The notes beneath the pieces were generated by a model that was not told the origin of the DNA, did not search any database, and saw only the letters and a program-made list of their open reading frames with translations. A stretch of DNA of 64,000 nucleotides from Fibrobacterales bacterium (GTDB lineage Bacteria; Fibrobacterota; Fibrobacteria; Fibrobacterales; JAOPTW01): the NCBI GenBank assembly GCA_051532035.1, contig JAOPTW010000011.1:62043-126042 (forward strand), read 5' to 3'. Each line of letters begins with the position of its first letter. The stretch's first letter is position 1. This document shows, one piece after another, positions 16,804 to 26,391 of this stretch. The translations under genes were made by a program, and so were the position numbers.

Positions 16804-17347
16804 AACATTCCCATATTTTCTTTAGATGAATACATTTTTTTAGGTTCTTTTTTGCTCTGACAATACGAGACTTTAAAGTGCCGATTGTCAGTGATGCTGT
16901 ATCTGACGCTTGCTCATAAGAGAGTTGTTGTACATAGATAAGCTCAATTACTTCGGCTTGATCAGTAGAGAGATGCGCTATGCTTTGCTCGATCTGTTTG
17001 TTGATGAGTGGATCACTTTCTAAGGTTATCGGAGTAGAGATTGAATCATCAAATTCGACAGCCTTAGCTTGGTTTGCGTTTTTTCTGAAATAATCCATGG
17101 TACAGTTTTTGGATATCTTTAAAATCCATCCATGAAAAGACCCTTTTGTACCATCAAAAAGGGACAGTTTTCGGTAAATCTTAATGAGGGCGTCTTGTAA
17201 AATGTCTTGTGCTGCGTTTTCTTCTTTAACAATGGTCAATATATAGGAGTATAACATATGCTGGTACTCTTCCATAAGGGTACCAAAAACCTCTCTATTG
17301 CCATTTAAAATTGAGCGGATAGAGAGTATAGAGTGTTCTTCATTCAT
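16796..17347 (-). CDS. ECF-type RNA polymerase sigma factor (sigma-70 family)
   Basis: Region 2 (AAQDILQDALIKIYRKL) and region 4 HTH (LSYEQASDTASLTIGTLKSRIVRAKKNLKK). The internal ATG at 17347 gives a typical ~183-aa ECF sigma; the track start 17473 adds an unlikely 42 aa. Confidence 0.85.
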   Translation of the reverse strand: MNEEHSILSIRSILNGNREVFGTLMEEYQHMLYSYILTIVKEENAAQDILQDALIKIYRKLSLFDGTKGSFHGWILKISKNCTMDYFRKNANQAKAVEFDDSISTPITLESDPLINKQIEQSIAHLSTDQAEVIELIYVQQLSYEQASDTASLTIGTLKSRIVRAKKNLKKCIHLKKIWECYE

Positions 17348-17601
17348 AAGCAGGTATAGACCAAAATAATTACGTAAAACAGTTGAATAATAGGTGTACG
17401 GTGTGAGTTCCGAAAAAGTTCCCATATTTTTAAAATATTTGAACGTATCGATTGAAGTGTATCGAAGATACAATCAAGTACAGGAAGCAAAGTTTAGGGA
17501 ACTTTTTAACTCATCAGCGCGTATCTTGCGTGTAAATGTAATAAATGACTGGCAGTTCTCCAGTTCATTTGCATTTCAATTAAACCAAACTTGGAGAAAT
17601 A

Positions 17602-19908
17602 ATGATAATTTTAAAACATTTAAGGGTGAGTGCACTGCTCTCATTACTCTGTGCGCCAATCGCATTTGCAGGCAACTATAGTGGAGAGTACAATATAATT
17701 TCACGGAAGAGCCGCAAGGTACTCTACGTGTCGGGCAATACCTTTGACAATGGAGAAACCGTAAAACAGCACGGTATAACTGATCGTGATCGTGATATAT
17801 GGACACTGGTACCCCTAGGAAATTCATCCTATAAGATCCAAAATAAAAACAGCGGTAAGGTACTCGAGGTTGAGGGAGCAGATACCGAAAGTGGTGCTGA
17901 TGTTCAACAATGGGACTATTTAGGCGCTGCGCATCAACAGTGGAATATTGAGGATGTCGGTGAAGGGTTTGTTAAAATTGTGTCGGTACACAGTGGAAAA
18001 GCACTCGATGTAGCGAGTAGAAGTATCAAAGAATGGGCTAATGTGCAGCAATGGCGATATTTCGGAGGAGAGCATCAACAATGGGAGCTTGAATCGCTCA
18101 GCCCAGAGAACGAAACGCCGAAGGATTTAACAATAGAGGCAGTTACTTCTCATTCAATTTCATTACATTGGTCTGGGGTATCAGGAGCTTCCGCATATTC
18201 TATTGAATATAAAAAAGAGGGATATCTAGAAGGAACACAAACTACTCCCGGAACTGAAACATCAGCAGTTATAGATGGGCTTGAATCTCTCACCAATTAC
18301 TCCTTTAAGATTGCTGCGGTATATGAAGAAGAGGTATCCCCCTATAGCGAATATATATATGGAGCAACTGCTGGTGATATTTCTGAGTATAATATTTATT
18401 ATGGTGATCTGCATAATCATAGCTGGTATTCTGTTGGTGATGGTACCGGTTCACCCTGGGAGGCATACAGTTATGCACGGTATTCTGCAGGCCTTGATTT
18501 CTTTGCTTTGGCAGATCATTCCAGGTCTTTCGGTTCAGATGAGTGGGATGAGATGAAAAGTATCGCACTCGATGCCAATGACGAAGGGGCATTTACTGCA
18601 TTTCATGGCTTTGAATGGTCTTCCGGAACCTATGGGCATGTTGCGGTAATTGGAACCGATAATAAGTGTAGTGTAAAGGAATCTGCTACCAATACTTTTA
18701 CAGAACTGACAGAGTGGTTAGAAAATACAAATGGTGTTGCATTCTTGAATCACCCGGGCAGAGAAGATGGTGATCGATCTGAGTTTAATCACTTTGGCTC
18801 GGCTCCCAGTGACAAAGTTGTGGGAATAGAGTTGTTTAATAAGAGTAAAGGTTTTGATGTGTATTATGATAATGACGGCTATTTTACTCAAGATGGCGGA
18901 TTGTCGTATTTTGATGAAGCAAATCTTATGGGCTGGAACATTGGTGCTGCTGGAGGTGGAGATCATCATAAATCACGCTGGGGTACGGAGACGGAGTACA
19001 GAATAGCTGCTCTCTCACATGAAAATAGTCGTGACGGTTTGATGGATGCCTTTAACGCGCGCCGCTTTTACTCAACTACCGATAAAGATATAAAACTCTC
19101 TTTTGAAATTAATGGGAGACAGATGGGGACAACTCAAGAAGCTGGTTTTAGCCGACTCATGGTTAAGGCACTTGATAAAAATGGTGAGAAATTTGAAAAA
19201 GCTGAACTGTATTACAATGGTAAACTCTCAATGGTATTGTCTGAAGATGTACATGTGGTACTCTATGAACGTTATTTTACTGGAGAGCCAGGCTTCTATT
19301 ATGTAAAGGTGACCCAAAAAGATGGTGGTTCTGCAATATCATCGCCAATCTACTTATCAAATGGGTCAAAAAAGGTGTCACTTAAAGTGATGAGCTCAAA
19401 AGATGATGCAGAAGAAAGCCCTGATGGTACCGTTACTATAACAAGTACTGATTTGGAATTAGTTGATGATGCTGATAATCAGGTTATTGGAATGCGTTTC
19501 AAAAAATTACCCATGCCAAAGTCAGCAGAAATAACTAATGCGTATCTACAATTTACAACAGATGAAAAAAATGGTCGTTATACCTTCCTCACAATAATGG
19601 GTCAGGATATTGGCTATGCATCGGGGTTTTCAGAAACTGACAATAATATATCGTCCCGTAATCGCACCGATGCAACGGTTACTTGGGTGCCTGACTCTTG
19701 GAATACCATTGGTGAAGCTTCAGAAGCTCAACGCTCACCTAATTTGACTTCAATTGTACAAGAAATCGTGAATCGCTCAGATTGGAAGCAAGGTAATGCA
19801 CTTGCATTAATTATAGAGGGAAGTGGAAAACGTGTTGCAGATAGTTTTGATGGTGAATCTAATGATGAATCCAGTACTGCCCCCTTATTGGTGATAGAAT
19901 ATAAATAG
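17602..19908 (+). CDS. Secreted ricin-B lectin / fibronectin-III / PHP-like metallohydrolase multidomain protein
   Basis: Signal peptide. Ricin QxW repeats (QQWDYLGAAHQQWNIE, VQQWRYFGGEHQQWELE). FN3 segment (LTIEAVTSHSISLHWSG...YSFKIAAVY). YYGDLHNHSWYS...ALADHS is typical of PHP/CehA-like metal sites. The C-terminal ~170 aa module has the pattern TSTDLELVDD...IGMRF...ITNAYLQF. Confidence 0.8.
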   Translation: MIILKHLRVSALLSLLCAPIAFAGNYSGEYNIISRKSRKVLYVSGNTFDNGETVKQHGITDRDRDIWTLVPLGNSSYKIQNKNSGKVLEVEGADTESGADVQQWDYLGAAHQQWNIEDVGEGFVKIVSVHSGKALDVASRSIKEWANVQQWRYFGGEHQQWELESLSPENETPKDLTIEAVTSHSISLHWSGVSGASAYSIEYKKEGYLEGTQTTPGTETSAVIDGLESLTNYSFKIAAVYEEEVSPYSEYIYGATAGDISEYNIYYGDLHNHSWYSVGDGTGSPWEAYSYARYSAGLDFFALADHSRSFGSDEWDEMKSIALDANDEGAFTAFHGFEWSSGTYGHVAVIGTDNKCSVKESATNTFTELTEWLENTNGVAFLNHPGREDGDRSEFNHFGSAPSDKVVGIELFNKSKGFDVYYDNDGYFTQDGGLSYFDEANLMGWNIGAAGGGDHHKSRWGTETEYRIAALSHENSRDGLMDAFNARRFYSTTDKDIKLSFEINGRQMGTTQEAGFSRLMVKALDKNGEKFEKAELYYNGKLSMVLSEDVHVVLYERYFTGEPGFYYVKVTQKDGGSAISSPIYLSNGSKKVSLKVMSSKDDAEESPDGTVTITSTDLELVDDADNQVIGMRFKKLPMPKSAEITNAYLQFTTDEKNGRYTFLTIMGQDIGYASGFSETDNNISSRNRTDATVTWVPDSWNTIGEASEAQRSPNLTSIVQEIVNRSDWKQGNALALIIEGSGKRVADSFDGESNDESSTAPLLVIEYK

Positions 19909-19940
19909 GGTTTATAGTTTAATTGTATAGGTAACGAATA

Positions 19941-19970
19941 AAGGAGCTCATGTAATGGGCTCCTTTTTTG
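19941..19970 (+). terminator. Rho-independent terminator
   Basis: Stem aaggagc / gctcctt followed by tttttt, 33 nt after the stop codon. Confidence 0.75.
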
Positions 19971-20143
19971 GGTGTACTCCGGAGTATTCTGAAGATAACT
20001 GCGTACAATCGCACCAGCTGTACTCATCATGTTCGCATAAGTAAATTGTTATATATAAACAAAAATCATGTTTGCTTTTTCAATTTGGAGGATTAGTTTG
20101 AGGGTAATAATGCGATAAATGCTTTTGTAATAGGGGATAGAGT

Positions 20144-21712
20144 ATGAGAATATATACTAACAAAAAATTAGTCATAGGTATTGGGTATGGTCTACTCATG
20201 TCTATACTAGGGTGTTCCGAACAATTATTTGAAATTGAAGTTGTTGACGTTTCAAGTTCACATACTCAAATCATTGGAGGGATAAGTAGCTCTGCTTTGA
20301 ACGATACGGCAAAAATATCACATTCGAATCCTACGGTTCGTAAATTGTCATCTGATAATTCGGATATTAGTACACTGTCTTCTTCTGAAGCAGAAAAACT
20401 ATCGAGCCAGAAAAGAACTCTTGGTAGGAGTAGTAAAGAAGATACCTCAGAAAGTCTCGTGTTATCAAGTGACCATCAATCATCAACGGTATATAGTCCT
20501 CCAATTGACTACCCCATTGCCTCTACCGTTCCTGATCAACGGGTTGAAAAGGATTGGACTCCTGTGTTGAATAAAACATGGGAAGGGATGAAACGAAGAA
20601 ATGTAGATCCTTATCCCTTTGGATTGTTGCACCGACCCAAATCCGAAACACCCAATGACGCAGTTTCTGAGGGGCAAGGGTATGGAATGATGATGGCGCT
20701 CTATAGTAATGATCAAGAGTATTTTAATAAAATCTATGAGGCCGCCCGAGTGAAGATGTGGAATGGTACCACCTTTAATTGGCGGTTGTGGGATAACGGT
20801 ACTTTAGCGGGGGAGAATGGTGCGACTGATGCAGACCAGGATATTGCCCTTATGCTCGTGTACGCTGACCATTTAGTAAAGAAAGGTGTCTGGCGGGAAA
20901 CAGCTGATAAACCATATATGGATGAAGCACATGAAATTATCGGTTCGCTCCGCCATAATTTTCTTACGGGCGATGTTCTGAAACCAGGGAATAAATTTGG
21001 GAGCGTTGATGCACTCAATCCAGGGTATTGTACCCCGGCATTTTATAGGATATTTAAACAAGTAACGGGTGATACGCACTGGGATGCAGTTAGAAATAAG
21101 TGTTATGATATGATTGAAGCGAATCCTGGCTATAGTAAAGGGTTACTCCCGGATTGGATGAATGCATGGGGAGGCCTTCTTCCGAAAGGCCCAGGATATA
21201 ATGCATATCTTAACGGTCAGGCAATGTTTAAAGATGCAATTCGTATTTATTGGCGCGTGGCAAATGATGCTATCTGGTTTGGAGAGCCGAGGGCCAAAAA
21301 GTTCTTACAGAATGCAATTGATTTTATTAAAACAAAGGCAGACAAAAGTGACCCTAATTATCCTGCCGATGCAGCAGATTACTTTCAACTCGATGGGTCA
21401 CTGGTGCCCCAAGGGGACCGATGGGAGCATGAAGGGTTTTCGCGTTGGAGAAGAGAACATAGTCATTTGACTCTCGGTATGTGGGCTACGGCAGCGTATG
21501 GTGCTGGTGATATGGAAGCCGCTGAAGCTTTTAGTAGAGAACTTGCCGAATTTTATGAAGAGGGAAGTGATACCTGGGGTTTAACGGTTGATCCTTCGGG
21601 TAACGAAGAAGATCAGGCGCACAATGAACTCTATTTTGATCAGTTTCTTGCATGGTATGGTGCCGCAATGTTGAATGGCAACTTTTGTAACATTCTTGAT
21701 TGTGTGAAGTAG
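20144..21712 (+). CDS. Glycoside hydrolase family 8 lipoprotein (endoglucanase/chitosanase/xylanase type)
   Basis: Lipobox MSILGCS and a Ser-rich linker. Catalytic-acid context SEGQGYGMMMA. GH8 signature ATDADQDIALMLVYADHLV. Confidence 0.85.
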   Translation: MRIYTNKKLVIGIGYGLLMSILGCSEQLFEIEVVDVSSSHTQIIGGISSSALNDTAKISHSNPTVRKLSSDNSDISTLSSSEAEKLSSQKRTLGRSSKEDTSESLVLSSDHQSSTVYSPPIDYPIASTVPDQRVEKDWTPVLNKTWEGMKRRNVDPYPFGLLHRPKSETPNDAVSEGQGYGMMMALYSNDQEYFNKIYEAARVKMWNGTTFNWRLWDNGTLAGENGATDADQDIALMLVYADHLVKKGVWRETADKPYMDEAHEIIGSLRHNFLTGDVLKPGNKFGSVDALNPGYCTPAFYRIFKQVTGDTHWDAVRNKCYDMIEANPGYSKGLLPDWMNAWGGLLPKGPGYNAYLNGQAMFKDAIRIYWRVANDAIWFGEPRAKKFLQNAIDFIKTKADKSDPNYPADAADYFQLDGSLVPQGDRWEHEGFSRWRREHSHLTLGMWATAAYGAGDMEAAEAFSRELAEFYEEGSDTWGLTVDPSGNEEDQAHNELYFDQFLAWYGAAMLNGNFCNILDCVK

Positions 21713-22386
21713 TTTTACATTGAGCACGGTACGCCCTGTTTTAGATTGATCCGGTATTTCTGTAAACTAATAGTATCAAGATGGTAAGAAATTCGATACG
21801 AAAGAAGTTACCTATGCAGATAAAACATGCTTTCAAGACCTACTCGAGTTTTACTGTGCAGAGTATCGTGGAGATACTGACCACTGTGATGAATTGAACC
21901 GATAAGGGCGAAGGTGTACAGTATTGCCGAATGTGCTTGTTTGTATGCTGTAAACGCGATAGAACGAGTTGGCGTGCTTTTCTAACCTTTTTGATACCCT
22001 GTCTGCTTTTTGAAATTATCTATTGTGATCTCTTTATACACTTTCTCACACCGATATTCACCTTGAGGGTATACTACAAATACATCGGCTTTTTTAGAGT
22101 AGATTAGGTCAGAGTCATGTTAATAACAGGTATGTATCAATAATCCCTACTCTTACTCTTCTTTTTTCATTGAGTTACTCCTGGTTTTTGCGAAAAAGTA
22201 GACATTTTACCAGTAAATACCTGTAGTGCTTACTTAAGTTGGTGGTGAATCCAAAGTTGTAAATTGGTTGAAATAAAGGCGCTCATGGAGGAATAATTAA
22301 GTGGTGTACGGGTATTAATTGGGCATAAAGTGATACAATATATCATGTTCTAGCTAAGCTAGATAGCACCGAAATAAGGATATGTT

Positions 22387-24426
22387 ATGAAACTCATTAA
22401 AAAAATACCACTCGCGGTAAAGCTGATCGTAGTATTTATACTCGCAGGGCTGGGGCCACTCATGTATACGGCAGACAAAGCGATAGAGCTTGCATCGAAT
22501 GAGTTAGAAATGAAGGCCTTCGCTCAGTTGGAGTCAATTCAAACAATTAAGAGTAACCAGATCAAAGGCTTTTTTAGTGAAAGAATTGGTGATATAGAGG
22601 TTCTTTCTACAAACCCAAGTGTTATTGAGGCTGCTGAAGTATTTGGTCAGGCCTATTTTCAGTCGGGTTTGGATGGTGAAATGTGGAGAGATGTGGAAAA
22701 AAAGTATAGCCCGTGGCTCACGGAATATATGGATAAATATGGGTATTATGACCTGTTTGTGATTTCTGAGAAAGGTGATATAATATATACTGTTGCCAAG
22801 GAGAGTGATTTTGGTCAAAATATCCTACGGACCAATTTGGCGTCGAGCCCTATAGGGGTAGCTTTTAATAAAGCCGTAGCAGGGAAGAGTACGCTCTCTG
22901 ATTTTGCGCCGTATGCCCCAAGTAACGATGAGCCGGCAGGGTTTGTTGCTGCCCCTATTTATAAGAATGACGATTTAATTGGTGTAGTAGCATTACAAAT
23001 TTCGACCGGTGCTATAAATGCTATTATGCAAGAGAGAGCTGGCCTTGGTGAGACGGGCGAAACGTATTTAGTTGGGTCTGATAAATTAATGCGCTCAGAT
23101 TCGTATCTCGACCCGGTTAATCACTCTATCATCGGATCATTCAAAAATCCTCTCAAGGGTTCAGTAGACACAGAGGCGACACGAGAAGGACTTGCGGGAG
23201 TGAGTGGTAAAAAAATAATAATTGATTATAATGGCAATCCCGTGCTCTCGGTATATTCACCGGTTAAGATTAAAGATGTTACCTGGGTGTTAATAGCTGA
23301 AATAGATGAGGCAGAAGCCTTTCATGTTATAGAGGTGATCACTAGTGAAATTATTAGTTCATCAATATGGGTTATCGTGGTTCTCACCATCATTGCTGGT
23401 TTTATGACGTTTAGCATTGCCCGTCCTATTAAAAAAATATTCAAAGGTCTCAAAACGTTGAGTGCAAGTGAGCTGGAGACAACATCTGATACCTTTCGTG
23501 GGATAATCAGTAATCTAACATCGAGTAGTAACCAAGTGAACTCCGCTTCGGGGCAACTCGCGAATGCAAGCCAGCAATTATCAGAGGGGGCAAGTCAGCA
23601 ATCATCGAGCATAGAAGAGATATCGAGTAGTTTGGAAGAAGTCGCAGCGATGTCTCGACAAAATTCTAGCAATAGTAATGAGTCTAAGAAGCTTGCAGAA
23701 TCTGCAAGAGGTATCGTTAATGAGAGCATACAGTCAATGAATTCTATGACTCTTACGATGGATAAAATACAAACGTCATCAGATCAGACGGTTAAAATTA
23801 TTAAGACGATTGATGAAATAGCGTTTCAGACAAATTTATTGGCGCTCAATGCGGCAGTCGAAGCGGCGAGGGCTGGCGATGCAGGTAAGGGGTTTGCAGT
23901 GGTTGCAGAAGAGGTGCGCAACCTTGCCCAACGAAGTGCGGAGGCCGCTAAAAACACATCTACCTTAATCGAAGAATCGAAACAGAACTCGGATGATGGG
24001 GTACGGGCTGTCTCGCAGGTGAGTGAAGCGATGAATCAAATTAATGAAGCCATCGGAAAAGTTTCGCAATTGATTAACGAAGTTGCTGCTGCGAGCGGTG
24101 AGCAAACAAAAGGAGTTGATCAAGTGAATGAGGCGATCACCCAGTTAAATCAAGTGACTCAATCAAATGCGGCGAACTCTGAAGAGACAGCGGCTGCAAG
24201 TGAAGAGCTCAACGGCCAGGCAGCCGTACTTCAGTCTATGGTGAATGAAATGCTTATCATATTAGAAAACAGGAAAAAGGATACCATAGTGACCAATACT
24301 GCACCACAATATAGGCCTGCAAAAAAGTCACCGTTACCACTGATATCACCAGCAAAGAGAAGTAGATCAGTTACTCCTGTAAAAGAAATCATTCCTTTTG
24401 ACGACGATGAACTGAAAAACTTTTAG
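22387..24426 (+). CDS. Methyl-accepting chemotaxis protein with a periplasmic double-Cache-like sensor
   Basis: Two TM helices flank a ~290-aa sensor domain (..[15 protein letters not shown].., ..[12 protein letters not shown]..). Highly conserved MCP hairpin: [39 protein letters not shown]. Confidence 0.9.
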   Translation: MKLIKKIPLAVKLIVVFILAGLGPLMYTADKAIELASNELEMKAFAQLESIQTIKSNQIKGFFSERIGDIEVLSTNPSVIEAAEVFGQAYFQSGLDGEMWRDVEKKYSPWLTEYMDKYGYYDLFVISEKGDIIYTVAKESDFGQNILRTNLASSPIGVAFNKAVAGKSTLSDFAPYAPSNDEPAGFVAAPIYKNDDLIGVVALQISTGAINAIMQERAGLGETGETYLVGSDKLMRSDSYLDPVNHSIIGSFKNPLKGSVDTEATREGLAGVSGKKIIIDYNGNPVLSVYSPVKIKDVTWVLIAEIDEAEAFHVIEVITSEIISSSIWVIVVLTIIAGFMTFSIARPIKKIFKGLKTLSASELETTSDTFRGIISNLTSSSNQVNSASGQLANASQQLSEGASQQSSSIEEISSSLEEVAAMSRQNSSNSNESKKLAESARGIVNESIQSMNSMTLTMDKIQTSSDQTVKIIKTIDEIAFQTNLLALNAAVEAARAGDAGKGFAVVAEEVRNLAQRSAEAAKNTSTLIEESKQNSDDGVRAVSQVSEAMNQINEAIGKVSQLINEVAAASGEQTKGVDQVNEAITQLNQVTQSNAANSEETAAASEELNGQAAVLQSMVNEMLIILENRKKDTIVTNTAPQYRPAKKSPLPLISPAKRSRSVTPVKEIIPFDDDELKNF

Positions 24427-24561
24427 TATTGCAATGGTGTCTCTCCAGTAGTATTGCCCACAGGCTTTGATAGCGAAATGGCTCAAATCTATTATGGAGA
24501 GTATCTGCTAAACTATTAGACGAAAAGTAATTCGGCGCGGAGTTGCATAATATAAACACGT

Positions 24562-26112
24562 TTATCTCCAGCCCTTAACCACCTTACGCCCTTTCTCTAT
24601 AGTCTCTTTAAGTGTGTTAAGAGTGTTTTTCCACTCTTTCATGGTTAGGGCTCCGGTTTCTGGAAAGGTTCCTTGATGTGCCGCACGTGCCTGTTTATGA
24701 GCTGGTTCGATTTGTGCGGCCCATTCATCGAGCTTGGTATTTACTTGTGGGTACACCTCATCCAGAAGTTTATCAAGTGCTTCGCTGGCCTCAGGGAAAC
24801 AGAGCCAATGTTGTGCAATTTTATTGGTGCGATGCTGTGAGTTACAGGCTAATGCTGCGCGGGCTTCTTTCTCTACTTCAACTAAGCCACCCCAAAAGGG
24901 AGCCATTCTCGGAATAAAATCTGCATTATCCATATCCCAAGGTATCGTATAGAGCTTACCAGTTAACGTATCTGCATACCAATAGGAGTTATGCCCATCA
25001 TCACGCACAAAGGGACTGTCCCAATGCATGATAGCCATAGAGGTTAATACTGAGCTCACTAGGGAGGGGACATCCATATTTTTTCGTATTACTGCTTTAA
25101 TACGAGCAGGTTCATTCGCCTCCAATACATCACGTTCAAGGGATTGCCAGATTTCATGGGTTGGATCTTCATCCTCATTAGTCTTCAATACATAATTTAG
25201 GGATGGGCTCGGTGTTACCATATCATACTTGAGCGGTATTATCTCTTTATACACATTTCCTTCTCCGTCTTTAAAACGATCCCGAGTAAATCTTCCATCG
25301 ATATACTCTACGTGCGTAAATAATCCGATAAGTTTCCCGTTTATTTTAATCTTTGCATGTACAGCACGGGGGGCTATGCTTCCCATCTGTCGATGCATCC
25401 AATATGATAATCGTTCTTTCATTTGATCACGATAAAAATGCATGTGATGGAAAATCAATTTTTTCATACCAAAGAACAATCTATCCGAGTGTTTCTCACT
25501 ATTAATCTTTAGTTTCAGAGCAAGCTTTATGCACGTTTTTTCTCCTTCAGGGCTCCCCATTTCTCCAGAAGTACAATCGGCCCACGCTCCAAAACTTCCT
25601 TTATAACGCACTTGAATATCACGAATGGTATCTCCTTTAAATACTAAGTGTGCATACTCATAGTTCTCCATCTTTGGAGCCGCATCAAGCCGTGCCAATG
25701 CTTTAGTATCAATAATAATTTCATATGTTTTTACGGCATCCGTTTCATCAAAAATATATTCAAGATCGTGTCTGAGATTTTCACGTTTACTTAATGCAGC
25801 TGTTGAAGACATAGGTACTTCACTTGATGAAAGTATTTTTTCAGAGCTTCTATGAACATTGTCTGCACTGCTCGACAATACTGCAGGAGCATCACTACTC
25901 AGACTATCGATACTATTCGAACTTTCATGTACGCCACTGTGAGTACTTGTTTTAGGTTCACTACTTGTTCTCCTAACTTCTGCAGTGGAACTTTCAAAGC
26001 TCATTGCTTCACTACTAGCAGTATCAGATTGTGCCGTCGATAGATTATCTGAACCACAAGCCGTTAATCCTAATAGTACCATTAGCATTGCCCATTGTAA
26101 TATATATATCAT
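24562..26112 (-). CDS. CotH-family protein (putative secreted kinase-fold protein), lipoprotein
   Basis: Lipobox LLGLTACGS and a Ser-rich linker. CotH-like blocks: MKERLSYWMHRQMGSIAPRAVHAKIKINGKLIGLFTHVEYIDGRF, GNVYKE, HNSYWYADTLTGKLYTIPWDMDNA. Confidence 0.7.
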   Translation of the reverse strand: MIYILQWAMLMVLLGLTACGSDNLSTAQSDTASSEAMSFESSTAEVRRTSSEPKTSTHSGVHESSNSIDSLSSDAPAVLSSSADNVHRSSEKILSSSEVPMSSTAALSKRENLRHDLEYIFDETDAVKTYEIIIDTKALARLDAAPKMENYEYAHLVFKGDTIRDIQVRYKGSFGAWADCTSGEMGSPEGEKTCIKLALKLKINSEKHSDRLFFGMKKLIFHHMHFYRDQMKERLSYWMHRQMGSIAPRAVHAKIKINGKLIGLFTHVEYIDGRFTRDRFKDGEGNVYKEIIPLKYDMVTPSPSLNYVLKTNEDEDPTHEIWQSLERDVLEANEPARIKAVIRKNMDVPSLVSSVLTSMAIMHWDSPFVRDDGHNSYWYADTLTGKLYTIPWDMDNADFIPRMAPFWGGLVEVEKEARAALACNSQHRTNKIAQHWLCFPEASEALDKLLDEVYPQVNTKLDEWAAQIEPAHKQARAAHQGTFPETGALTMKEWKNTLNTLKETIEKGRKVVKGWR

Positions 26113-26391
26113 ATTTCTTGATACCCCTTAGAAGCTTTTGAACCACTGTAATATAACATTAATAAAATCCAAAAACTGAGGACCTCTGAGTCTAAACACT
26201 ATTTTACTGTTGCGAACATGTTGGATACAATATTGAGTGTATTTGTACCAATAAATAGACACGACGCGCTGTAAGACCCTAAAAATAAGGCTTTATTTAA
26301 CATTAGTTTACGGGGGCGTTTAGTGATTGTAATATATATTTCTGACTCCTTAGGGAATTATGTTTAACACAACACAAAAAAAAGGAACACT

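Noticed and set aside
21774-21905. Possible 3' gene remnant encoding DGKKFDTKEVTYADKTCFQDLLEFYCAEYRGDTDHCDELNR*, with Cys spacing like the C-terminus of 42171..43148 (CMQALFTEYCLDFPESNSC)
   Set aside because: It is only a short motif-level resemblance (C-x-Q-x-L-x3-Y-C-x8-C) with no nucleotide similarity, and the frame is closed 2 codons upstream. It cannot be supported without a database search. The 675-bp intergenic region 21713-22386 may still hold decayed gene fragments.
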